Part shown: piece after piece, positions 30,966-47,250 of the stretch | How positions within the stretch are numbered: the first letter of the stretch is position 1 | Layout of the letters: every line of letters starts with the position of its first letter | Assembly: GCA_030141605.1 (NCBI GenBank) | Contig: JAQGDQ010000012.1 | Location: forward strand, 634,396-698,395 | Length of the DNA: 64,000 bases | Source of the DNA: Tubiluchus corallicola | Lineage: Eukaryota; Animalia; Priapulida | Reading direction: 5' to 3' | The notes under the pieces: model-generated | Database searches by the model: none | Seen by the model: the letters and a program-made list of their open reading frames with translations, nothing else | What the model was told of the DNA's origin: nothing | Translations under genes and position numbers: made by a program

Positions 30966-31261
30966 TTGAAACATTAGTAACTTTAAAAGTGGTCTATTCC
31001 AATAATCTTAGAATACGCTAAAAAAAAATTTTTGAATAGCACAGAAAGGTTGAAAAATTGCTTCTCAGATTGATATATTTTGAAAACAAGTGATAAAGGG
31101 CAATACTTTTATTTGAAACATTAGTAACTTTAAAAGTGGTCTATTCCAATAATCTTAGAATATGCTAAAAAAAAATTTTTGAATAGCACAGAAAGGTTGA
31201 AAAATTGCTTCTCAGATTGATATATTTTGAAAACAAGTGATAAAGGGCAATACTTTTATTT
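30966..31261. repeat. Near-perfect 147-bp tandem duplication
   Basis: ttgaaacattagtaactttaaaagtgg...gggcaatacttttattt repeated with period 147. Confidence 0.95.
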
Positions 31262-31953
31262 ATTTTTCTTCAGAAAAATACAAAAGAATTTATTTCTTGC
31301 TAACACTATACTATCAGTGGTCTTTTACAACACTTTGGAACTTTAAATGCTTGCACCCACTGTTATATACCACAGACATATTCACAATTTTTTGCTAAAG
31401 CACCACAAGTAGTTAATAAAAATTGCTATGAAGTGAGCAAAATAATATAGTTACTAAAGCAGCTGAGTAAGACAAAAACTGGCAGTGACATTTCTAATTC
31501 TCCATTAATGGTGGCACAAAGCATTAAAAATTTATAATGCCCTGTCACAGTGCCCCGGAAGCAATTAATTAACTTTAGTGCTTTCCCGAAGTTTATAAAT
31601 GACAAAATTTTTAGAAACAAATTAACTGCACTGATATTAACAAAATTGAATATGAACCTGCAGTACACACTATTAACGGTCGTGTCTTTTTGCATGTTTC
31701 CTGCGCATGACACCATTGGTCTAATAATTGAGCACTTTTATGTGATAACATCTTGAGAACTTCCTAGTACATTGGACTAAAAGCTAAGTATCCTTTACTC
31801 AGTTCCACATGATGATTATTAGATCACTAGAGTAGACTAGACAAAGTCATAATAAAGTTGATTCGCCAAGGTACTGAAGGCATAGTTACACAAAATACAT
31901 GATTGATATAGCCGAGTCTGTAATATTTACAGTTTTGTTTAACTATTCTTTTG

Positions 31954-35867
<3,914 letters not shown>

Positions 35868-36040
35868 GTTGATCGTATGTAATTTGTTTCTCCTTCAGTA
35901 GGTGGCGCAGTGCTCTTTGTTGCTGATGCTGTTGCACTCTTGTAACACTCATTCTCATCAGTAGCTCAGTTTTGAAGTTCTGTAAGCTTAATTTGTAATT
36001 TCGTAAGCGCGAATTACGTTAAATGGTATGTCTGAGGTAA
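35868..36040. promoter_or_regulatory. Putative bidirectional promoter (NDUFAB1 / F-box locus) with a CTCF-like motif tcagtaggtggcgcag (35895-35910)
   Basis: Lies directly upstream of the NDUFAB1 ATG; candidate + strand donors at about 36026 and 36037. Function inferred. Confidence 0.4.
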
Positions 36041-36578
36041 CTGTCAAAAATTTTTGTCTGAAAACTTGCTGTTACCTGACAAAACTACACATGATTCTTG
36101 TTACTAAACTTGGTTGCTGCAACAGATCTTCAAAATGTAATGTAATAAATTTATTTATTTAGCGCACTACACCATTTAAAATCTCAGCACGAATCACCTG
36201 AACAATAAAATACATATAAAATTCATGAGAAACATAAAATTTAAAAGACATTAAAAATAATTCATCATAAAAAATACAATCTAAACAAATGTGTTTCGAG
36301 ATGTTTAAAACAATCTTAATAATTAAATTGTCATTAATAATTGAACAACTATTATTTTACTATACTTGAATAATGTACTTACTTTATAAGTTAGTCATCC
36401 ATCACATACTAATAAGAAGTGGGCACCAAACACTTGAGTTCGAATTCAATTTGAATGTAAAATTATAGATTTGAAAAGTTTAGCACTTCAACTTGCATTC
36501 GTTATCATTAAAACGTTTAAAATAATGTAACCAGCATAATTTAGCTGCAATTTCTGTGCAAAATTTTTAAACAAATTA

Positions 36579-36765
36579 CTGTCAAACCTCGTTATAACAC
36601 CCCCTTTATAATGGCAATCTTGGTTAACACATATACTTTTGGCAAAACAAAATGTCTACATTTGCATAGATGTGTATGTATTAATGCACCTCATTCTAAC
36701 GTCAAACTCTCTTAAAGCCAACTTTTTTGCAGTTTCAAAGTAGGCGGTATAAAGAGGTTTGACTG
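36579..36765. mobile_element. Tc1/mariner (pogo/Tigger-like) MITE with TA TSD
   Basis: TA-ctgtcaaacctcgttataac ... gtataaagaggtttgactg-TA terminal inverted repeats. Confidence 0.8.
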
Positions 36766-37185
36766 TATCGGTGTTTTTATTGCAGAATAAAATCAAGTAA
36801 TATACATGATCTTTGTGAAACATACGTTTTATTAATGATTTGAAAATTTATTAGAAGATCTTTAAAGCTGAATTCCATTCGACTTGAATTTGCCTTCAGG
36901 TAGAGAATGCTCACCCCTAATAATATTTTATGAAAGTTTTTATAAATTGTTAGTTGTAACATTAGTGAATTCACAATTTTAATAATGCAAATATGAAACA
37001 CATTATTGAAAGCTGTAAAACGATTAAATTTTGATTAATAATTACAAATACATGGTAGGCATATATAGGCTAAATGTGGGCCGTAAAACGCATTAGACAC
37101 AAGCATGAATTAATGTTTGGTTAAATTTTAAATATACAATGTTTGCATTTCAGGACCAGCAAACTCTTTAGCTGGAAATGGAGTG

Positions 37186-37986
37186 ATGTGGGATTTATTA
37201 CCAGATGTTCCTCTATCTCGCATATTTTATTTTTTGGATGCAGCTAGTCGTTTACTTGCTAGTCAAGTTTGTCAGCGTTGGCAACATTGCATATACAACA
37301 GCTCCATTTGGGACAATTTCTTCTACGACTGCATTCTGGTTCAAAAAGCAACTCAGGACAACTCTTTGTACAACTGGGACAGATTTCACATATCCATATT
37401 TGAACTAGTTGCTACATATTGTCAGAACATTAAATCTGTCACATTTATTAACATAATTGCAGGTGTGGACGTGGAAGTTTTTGAGCAACTAGCTCAGTGT
37501 TGTGATCAACTGACGTCACTCACCGTGTCTGTTTATGATCCAAAATTTAGTGGGGTTTCTCTTAGACAGTTGCAGAACAACTTGTGGGAAGTTTGTATTA
37601 ATAACAAGAACTTGAGAGCTTTGTCAGTAACTGGGATTAATTTGACACGTCAGCCTTTCAAATCACAAGTGCGAATATATGATATTTTTACAACAAACCT
37701 GTCTAGTGTTCTTGAGAAGTTAACCATCATTACTCCACCCCAGCCAGAGAGAGGTTCGGCACCACCTCATATTCCAGTTTTGAGCATGGCTGGAATAAAA
37801 AATTTGCACAAACTGCGACATTTGACGACTGCTTCATATGAACTTGACATGAATGCTCTCAGACAGTTGGCAGATCATAGTTTAGAAGAGTTAGCTGTTG
37901 TATGCACTGGCAATGAACATTTGTTACAGGAAGATGCCTTGCACAGTTTGTCACTGCTGAACATATCTATAGTGAAAGAATGCTGA
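37186..37986 (+). CDS. F-box protein with LRR-like C-terminus, copy 1
   Basis: WDLLPDVPLSRIFYFLDAASRLLASQVCQRWQ is an F-box, followed by Leu-rich repeats (LTSLTV, LRALSV, LEKLTI, LRHLTT, LEELAV). Splice acceptor at 37153. Confidence 0.85.
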   Translation: MWDLLPDVPLSRIFYFLDAASRLLASQVCQRWQHCIYNSSIWDNFFYDCILVQKATQDNSLYNWDRFHISIFELVATYCQNIKSVTFINIIAGVDVEVFEQLAQCCDQLTSLTVSVYDPKFSGVSLRQLQNNLWEVCINNKNLRALSVTGINLTRQPFKSQVRIYDIFTTNLSSVLEKLTIITPPQPERGSAPPHIPVLSMAGIKNLHKLRHLTTASYELDMNALRQLADHSLEELAVVCTGNEHLLQEDALHSLSLLNISIVKEC

Positions 37987-38323
37987 AGTTTCTGGTGTAC
38001 AAGAGCAACAAAGGAAGATTTGCTTTCAACTATAACGACAAAAGAAATTTAGTAACTTCTGAATTTTGTTTGTTTGTGCGTTAATTAGGCAGACTACCAT
38101 CCATTTCTGATTTTAAATAGAATACTTACATGCAGCATTGGAAGTGATTGTTATTAATTGTTTATAATTTTTAAAAACCGATTCTAAATAAACTGTATAA
38201 AAAGTGTGCGATGGTTTTATACAGTATTGGCGAGTTTTGAATTATGCATCAATGTATTTGTAAGCTGTTTAATGCTGTATTGTATTCTGGTGTTGTTACT
38301 GTATAGGAAAGTGGATTATTCAA

Positions 38324-39160
38324 ATGTGGGAAGCACTTCCAACTGTTTTTCTTACTGAAGTATTCAAATATCTTGATGCTGGAAGTCGGATGCTGGCAGC
38401 ACATGTCACACAAAGGTGGCAAGAATGTTGCTCACAGAAGATTGTTTGGCGTAACTTCATTTACGATTGTGATATCATAATGGTCACTGCAGAGAGAAAT
38501 CCAGACTACAACTGGCCTGCATTTCGTGATAATTTGGCAGAAATATTATCAAAAGTTGCTGGTTTTATTAAAATGGGATCTGTGCTCAATATCATGCATG
38601 GAGCTGACGTTGAAGTACTCGAGTCACTTGTGATTAACTGTGAAAACCTGCACTCGTTGCACGTCTCTTCACGAAATAATTCCATGAAAGGCCCGTCATT
38701 GCGACAGTTACAAAATCACCTCAGGCATGCATGCTTGAATAATGAGAATCTAACAACATTGGCTGTAGAGAATATTAATCTTACTAGAGAACCTTGTGAT
38801 GATCGGATACAGCTTTACAATTTTTTAACTCCACACCAAGGACAGAACTTGAAAGAGCTCCTAATAACAACACCTCATGCAGTTGTCAGAGGTCGTGACT
38901 GTCCTCCCCATGTCCCAGTTCTCACCCTAGCTTGTCTCAAGTGTTTGGAAAATTTGGAAAAGTTAACAACAGCCTTACATGAATGTGATGCCGATGCAAT
39001 TGAACTTTTGTCAGGATACAAGCTAAATGAGCTAAACCTGTTGTGCAATGCTACTGAGGATTCAGTTTCTGTCATGCAAAGACATACATCATTCTGGCAG
39101 GTTGGTCAAAAAGTCAAACTTAAGCTGATTTCAACAAAATCTAAGTGTGATGCATGTTAA
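38324..39160 (+). CDS. F-box protein with LRR-like C-terminus, copy 2 (paralog of copy 1)
   Basis: WEALPTVFLTEVFKYLDAGSRMLAAHVTQRWQ F-box. Shares FxYDC, YNW, GxDVEV, SLRQLQN, INLTRxP and PPHxPVL blocks with copy 1. Acceptor at 38306. Confidence 0.85.
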   Translation: MWEALPTVFLTEVFKYLDAGSRMLAAHVTQRWQECCSQKIVWRNFIYDCDIIMVTAERNPDYNWPAFRDNLAEILSKVAGFIKMGSVLNIMHGADVEVLESLVINCENLHSLHVSSRNNSMKGPSLRQLQNHLRHACLNNENLTTLAVENINLTREPCDDRIQLYNFLTPHQGQNLKELLITTPHAVVRGRDCPPHVPVLTLACLKCLENLEKLTTALHECDADAIELLSGYKLNELNLLCNATEDSVSVMQRHTSFWQVGQKVKLKLISTKSKCDAC

Positions 39161-39399
39161 ATCACTCTAGTCCAGCTGTAGCCAGCATTTTATTCTGATT
39201 TTATAATATTAAACCATAATTTATGTTGACTCTTTAATAAGTTTGTTATATAGAATTATTAATATTTGGGTATCGTGCAATGGACTGTTGTTAAATTTGT
39301 TGGCTCCTTTTTTTACTTTTATAAATTAAATGTCTGAGCAATTATTATTTATTTTTGGTAAATTAGTGTATAATGTATGTGACATACTATTATACTGTT

Positions 39400-40210
<811 letters not shown>

Positions 40211-41086
40211 CTATCAGTACGTAACTTATTTAAGTACTGATATACAACAGTAGAGCAGTATTGCATTAGTTTGTCACTCTTCAACTCACAATGGAGAACT
40301 TGATTTTTGAATCAGAGAATAAAAATTAATCATGTACAAACAACCAGAATTTTAGGAACTTCTGTAGGCAGAGTTCGGATAAAAAATGAAACAAAAAGGA
40401 AATTACATGTACAGAAAGATGGTACCAGTACGGGAACCATTATTATAGAAGTTGAAGTTTGAAATTAAAATTTATTCCAAATGCCAATAATATAGCTATA
40501 GCAATACAATCCAGAGGAGAATATAACCATAATTATAACACTGAAATTTTTTACTGATAACAGTTGGAACAATAAATAATTCCAACTTTGTGGCAAAAGC
40601 ATATTAATTTTACATTTTTCTGCTAAGTGCTAAGAGGGCAGTAATGAAAATAAAAATTTTTATTCAAAATAATAAAAAATTTCTCTGATTAATGATAGGT
40701 GGCGCTCGCGACCGTTATGGATGTCCCCCCTAATGAACGTTGTGAAAGGAAACTTAACTTTAGCTCTTTTAAGCACATATATGAACTATTAAGAAAATGC
40801 CTTACTAGATAAAACCTATTCATTGGCAATTGCCTGAAATTCCCTTTTTCTCTACTTTGTTACTAAGTTACTTTGGCGTACTACAGTCCTAAACTAAGGT
40901 TACAAGTAATAGAACTGCAAAACTGGATAAGCTACAGCGTAAAACACAAAAAAACTTTTAGCTTATTTGTTTCGTGAGATGCAACAGTTTTTTACTACGC
41001 CGAAGTTTTGCCGGACTGCCAGTTGTAACTTTCTAAAGTGCAAATAGAGTAATACAAACAAGGAATGTAGTTGTGTGACACCAAAC

Positions 41087-42720
41087 ATGAATTGCCTAAT
41101 GTACTGTTATAGCATTGGCAGACTCATTCATTCAAAATCTGCAAGAACATTAAGCTACAAATTTCCTAACTTTTCAGCTTCAATATTTATTTATATCTTC
41201 AGAAATTTGTCCATATCAAATTTGAATCGTGACAAATTCTCATCGGAAACATCTTCAGATGAGTCCTCTTCTTCATTAGAAGATCCGTTTCATGGCTTTT
41301 TGAAGAATCTTAGAGTAACAAAACAGCACAAAATTCATAAGTATATCAAGTTATCTCCTGAGTGTGAAAAGTTGAATGAAACTTTTTTGGAGATTCTGAA
41401 ATGTCGAGAGAATGTGCATGAAGCAATGGCATTGTACCGAGAAAAAGTTGCTGGTGGTTCATGTCACATTCCTTTTACCACACAACATGCTTTAGCAGCT
41501 TCACTTTCTAGAAAGGGCTTACTATTTGATTTGGCTGTGGTGAAAAACGTTTGTTCTGTTCATTATCCAGAGATTTTTAAATATGAGATGTGCTTTGACC
41601 ATTATATCGCTGAAGCTCTTGGACAGAATGGCCAATTTGAAGCGAGTCTTGCTCTGTTCAAAAAACTTTATCATGATCATCGTGTCAGACGAAGAAAGTT
41701 GGTGAACATGGTGAAATTTATTTTGGGACATATTCTTGATGCCGATCTAAAGATGACTGAAAATGAACGCAATGAAAGTGATCATTTATTGACTTATGCC
41801 AGGTTTATGGATTATTGTGCTAGATGTGGTGACATTATACCAACTGCACATCTCTGGAGAATGCTCATCCAGAGCAAGTCAACATTACATCAGCTGAGAG
41901 CTGAGCAGATGTTGGACAGTTCTCCTGAACTAGTGAAAGCGGTGCAACCCAAAATAAAAATGATGTGTGAGGAAGCAGTTAAAGGAAAGCATGTTGGTGT
42001 GCTTTATCAATTGGTGCATGCTGTTGAAAAGTTTAAAATGGAAGAAGAAAAAAGCAATGTTTTCAGCAGTTTAATGGAACTTTATTGTAAGTCACAGTTT
42101 ATTTTAATATGCTTTGTTCGACAATGCGGTGCATATGATATTTAACTATATAACAGAGTTTTCACCATGTTAGTTTTACTGATAGATTTTGCAGATCAAT
42201 TTTTTTGAATTAATGTACCATTGAAAAAAATGTGGCCGTGTTAAATACTTTTCCAACTTTATGTGCAGTAGTACTTTTGATTAACTACTGTTATCTTTTC
42301 TGATAATTAAAGCGTCCAGGTTACTTTACCTGTGCTCACTGTTGTAGTTAGTTAGTTTCTAAGTTGGTTTGTCTGTAGCTAATATCGTGCTGCTACTGCT
42401 GCACGGTTTTAGCTTTAGTTACTTTGTTTGCAATTAACTGATGTATTAGTCTGTGCTGTTTAAAACAGAGATGAGTCTAAAGTCATCATTTTCTAAATGA
42501 TGTTAAATGTGTTACTTAGAAGTATTTCCTTTTTCAAGGTACCACTGATGATGTGGAAGGTGCTATGGAAGTACTGAATTATGCACAAAAGAACAATATA
42601 ACTCTCAAAGCTAGCACAGTGGAAAAGATGATGAGCTTGGCAAGACATGTTGCACAAATACCTGACAAGATTAGCCGTAATTTTAGCGCTTCCACAGATT
42701 CTAAAAATTTTACTTTTTGA
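41087..42720 (+). CDS. Uncharacterised helical-repeat (PPR/TPR-like) protein, probably mitochondrial; exons about 41087-42086 and 42539-42720
   Basis: Long ORF with a PPR-like unit (FDHYIAEALGQNGQFEASLALFKKLY). A phase-1 intron t|gtaagt...ttttcaag|gt continues into CTTDDVEGAMEVLNYAQKNNI...NFTF*. The start is uncertain: an alternative is ATG 40979 spliced to the acceptor at 41202. Confidence 0.75.
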
Positions 42721-44099
42721 GCACTCATTAGCAGTTTTTTAAAGGTCATTAGTACCATCAAAATGAATTGGATGCAAATGTTGGTTTAATTGGATAAGAA
42801 TGACAATTTTAAGTGTTTCTTTCGGGTACCTCAGTAATTACTTGCATTGTTTATTACACGAGCCTAATATTTCTACCAAGTTTCGACAATAAAACTGATG
42901 ACATTATTAAACTTTGTAATTCGATAGCCATTGTCTCAATATTTAAACTTTAACTGCTACTTTCTGCTGTGCACTTCTACAGTAGGTACGTACTAGCAGC
43001 TATTAACTGCTGTATTGGCAGTGCAGCAAGATAACAGCCAGTAAGGAAATGGTAGATCTAACCGTTTTTGTTGTAGGGGTGACTTACATAAAATAAACTA
43101 TGACTATGATTTCTTTACCAAGCGGTTATTTATTCAAATGAAATTGTTTATTAACCTTTAAGAATCTATTTCAGGCCACTAACAAAGATACGAATGAACA
43201 GACAGTTAAGTTTAACAGAATACAAAAAGGATAATATAGCTTATTTTATTCCTCTAATCCCTATGCTGTATTAATAGTGTTCAGTGCGGTACCACCCAGA
43301 CTGACTTAGCTGACTCATTGATAAAGTGTACAATTAAGTAATTGAGAAGTCTCCCAGATAAAATATCAGCCAAATGCTTTGTGGAGAGAACACTAATTTT
43401 TGCACTCAGAGTGCCGTTCAGGCTCTCAGAGTGCAATAAATGAATGCTTGTTTTTAATATAACAGTGCAGTTAGTTAAAATGCACTAGTGGTTGTTCTTA
43501 TTTGTGAATGTAAATGATCACAGTTTCTTCACTGCTGCTGAATCTTAAAGCAAGTTCTGACATTTGCTACTAAAGTAAACCACACCTGCCGGCGCCTGTG
43601 GTTTATATATTTTTTTAAATTAAAAAAAATTTTATGTATAAATAAAAATTTTTAGCGGTAAACCAGGAAACAGATCAAACCTTGTTGTTTGGGCAATAAT
43701 GAGTTTTAAACTAGTGAACTTGTCTGAGGAAATGGTTTCTAGCAACCGCAAAATGGTATAAAATGCAGTAAGATGCATGTGTGGTCGAGACATTCTGCCG
43801 TTTAGCTGTGTCTGGTGGGTAAAATTAGCACGCACGCAAACTTATTAAATTTTGTATGAACCGTGGGTGGACTGTAAACTTGACAGTCTCAGATCAGTTT
43901 TAGGTTTGACTATCCACATTTTGCTGAGTAGATCATCTTGACACTAAATAAATTAAGATTAAGTAATGGGTCATCCACAGCAGTGTATTACGAACTTGCT
44001 TTTAAGGTAAATGTAGATAAATTATATTTGATAAAAGAATATTTCACGTTTGAGGAAGTCTATATACCGGAATTTAGATCTCATTTGAGACCTTCAAAA

Positions 44100-44240
44100 T
44101 GTACTTAAATACAGGAAGATGTGTTGGTGGCTGGGGCTACAGCTTGGACCCCGCTGGGGAGCTTACAGCGCTCCTCCAGACCCCCTACCTCCAGACCTGC
44201 TTGTGCGTCAAATTTTTTAAACTCTGGCAGCGCCAATGGT
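44100..44240. mobile_element. Fragment of a non-autonomous DNA transposon/MITE
   Basis: GC-rich motif gaccccgctggggagcttacagcgctcctccagaccccct, recalled as common in invertebrate MITEs. Confidence 0.45.
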
Positions 44241-44578
44241 GTAAACACGAAATTTAGTGAAAATGTCTTACCAGATCTTGCAGTTTAATTTTATGATATT
44301 TAAAAGTCAAAGTCCACAGCTAAAAAGGTCTTTTTTACTAAAATTAACAATATGTTTCCGGCTTAGAGTCTGAGAATTTTAAAATGGAGAAGTTTATTGC
44401 TTTTATTATTCATTACACAATTGCCTAGATGCTAATAAATTTGACTAGGTTAGCAACTGTTCAGAAAAATAAAGAAAAATTAATGATATTGTGTTTTCAA
44501 AGCAAAACTTACTGTGACATTTTGTAACTGTACGAACTATGTATTCGAAGTAAAATTTTGAAGCTGCTGTCAAAATCA

Positions 44579-46288
44579 TGTATGTACAACGTCGAAGCCG
44601 ATACGGCTAAATCAGTGCAAATCAGATGTCCATGAAACCATCTCTTATCCACGACTTGAACCTTCTTGCATATCCAAGCATCCGTCTTTCTTCATCGAGT
44701 TTTTCGGCACAGTTGTTGACTAGGGATCTCCATGCAGGACGGTCGTGAACTGCGAAAGGCAGCTTGTCCAACATTCCACCTTTCCTCAGAAAGAACTTCA
44801 CCTTGTCCTTGAAGCGAAGGAGAGGACGACCAACACTGCGAGAGCCACTGGTTAGTTCTCCATGAAGAAGAGCCTTTGTCGGTCTGTTATCGTTCATTCT
44901 GACCACATGCCCAAACCACCGAAGTTGAGCCTTAGTAAGCGTAACCTCGATATCTTCCATCTTGGCACGAGCCAGCACGTCTTCGTTTGGCACATAGTCG
45001 TCCCAGCGAATACGAAGGATGTGACGCAGATGTCTCTGCTGAACCGCACGAAGAGACCTGACCTGATCTTGATAGAGCGTCCACGTTTCCTGACCATAGG
45101 TAAGCTGCGGAATGATGCATTGCTTGTACACCTGCAGTTTAGTGGCGATGGTAAGGTCATGGTTATCGAAGACACGTTTCCTCATACGGCCGAAAGAGCT
45201 GGCTGCAGCATTAATTCTTGCATGAAGCTCAGTATCCAATCGAGTATCTGAGCAGATGTAACTTCCGAGATATTTGAACCGTTGCACACTTCCAAGCTGT
45301 TCTCCGTCAATGGTAAAATTGACACTGTCGCTAGAGCCGACACTCATTGTCTCAGTCTTCCTTTTGTTAATGCGCAGTCCCATTCTCTTTGCAGTTTCAT
45401 TGTAAATGTCGATGAGATCCTGAAGGTCTTCCGGGTTGTCAGAGAAGATAGCTATGTCATCGGCATATTGCGCTTCACGCAGGAACATCATTCGTGTCTT
45501 CGTCCTTGCTTTGAGTCGACGTAGGTCAAAAATGTCTCCATCATATCTGAATCGAACATGAATGCTCTTCGTCGAGCCAAGTCTGCCGAAGGCTACCTGC
45601 AAAAGGACTGCAGCGAAAAGTCCGAAAAGAGATGGAGCTAACTTGCAGCCTTGTTTCACACCGCTGTTGTATTCTACAGGATCACTAAGCTGGCCATTGA
45701 CAGAGAGACGCGCTAGCATATCAGTGTGTAGAGCTTTTACCATACTTGTAAATCGATCCGGGCATCCACACTTTGAAAGCACCTTGTACAGCAATTCGCG
45801 ATTGACACTGTCAAAAGCCTTTGTAAAGTCGATAAAGGCAATATGCATTGATGTTCTATGCTCTCTCGTTTTCTCCATCAGCTGACGAATCGTAAAAATA
45901 CCATCAATGGTACTGCGATCCCGTCGATACCCTGACTGGGACTCTGGGTAGATACGCTCCAAAATCTTGTCCAGCCGAACGAGAAGAATGTCTGCAAAAA
46001 GCTTTCCGACAACACTGAGTAAGGAAATGCCACGATAGTTACCGCAATCACTGCGATCACCCTTTTTGAACAAAATGGTGATGTTAGCATTGACAAAGTC
46101 ACGAGGCATATCACCAGTCCTCCAAATAACGTTGAAGAGCTCCAAAAGATGATTCTGGAGAGAAGCACCGCCATGGATGATAACCTCTGGTGGGACACCA
46201 TCAGGTCCAGGGCTTTTCCGTCGCTTGATACGGCGAATAGAGTACTTGAGTTCCTCGAGGGTGACTAGTCCATCCATCTCGTCGATGA
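44579..46288 (-). mobile_element. Young 5'-truncated RTE-clade LINE with uninterrupted RT ORF (44622 to about 46288) and 9-bp TSD TCAAAATCA
   Basis: ORF has KSPGPDG, NYRGISLLS, PESQSGYR, FIDFTKAFDSV, GVKQGCKLAP, YADD, FKYLGS and LRWFGHVVRM. TCAAAATCA occurs at 44570-44578 and 46289-46297; short TACA tail at the 3' end. Confidence 0.93.
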
Positions 46289-47250
46289 TCAAAATCAAGT
46301 GTGTCACTAATATGCAGCTTTCCTTTTTTCGTGTAGGTTAACTGAAGGTAATATCTATTGTCAGCCACAATATTAGTTTTCAAGGTTATTTAGATAATTT
46401 ATTAATAAGTTATATTAAAGGATTTTAATCTTATAAATCAATTTTTACAAATCATGAGAATTTTGGTGTAAATTCAATTTTACGTGATTTACGAAGTGAG
46501 TAATACCAATGTGGTACATGGGTTCATTGACAGCCTGATCGTCAGATAATTTTGTCATCAAATAATTTTTACTTGATATTTTGCAATGTGTTATTTTTAT
46601 CAACGTCTTATTTAAAATTGCATAATTATATAGATTAGGCTGAAAGAAGAGACAAGAATAGCATATACAGTATTTGATTTATGGGAGGAGAGTCAAAATA
46701 ATTTAACCAATCTATATGACATCAACGAGGATTCTTACTACCACATCATAATCCAAGCTCATTGCAGGGCATTTCTTCTACTAGTATTCCTGAAGTGGAC
46801 AATCAACTTCACTTAGTTTAGCCACGAATCCTGGTGCAGAGTAGTAACTATTTTTTCAGAGATTAACGTTTTTCCTGCATTCGATTTAATTATTGGTATT
46901 ATTTTAAACCTGGACAACAGGTGGTAGCACCCTACTGTAAGCAGGCGTACACCACTCGATTGGTTGAATTGCTTTCGACTTTTCGCATGCCACCGCGGAT
47001 GTTTACTGTGTTACGGTTCGTCTGTTATAGAGCATCATACAAAGCTTGCTGCACACAAAATTTCTTATTGTAAATTTTGAAGTATCCATAGTAGAATATC
47101 AGTTCATTATAGTCCTAACGGGAAAGCTAGCAGAAGCTTAGTATTGTATTGTAGTGCTGTAGCTTGACTGGGCGTGAAGATTCCCTCATAAAGCTTCAGT
47201 TCAGTTGAATAAAATGACTGTTACGTAGCACAATTTTTAATAATATTTTA

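Noticed and set aside
44862-46201. Several overlapping ORFs within the RTE
   Set aside because: Alternative-frame or antisense shadows of a GC-richer RT ORF.
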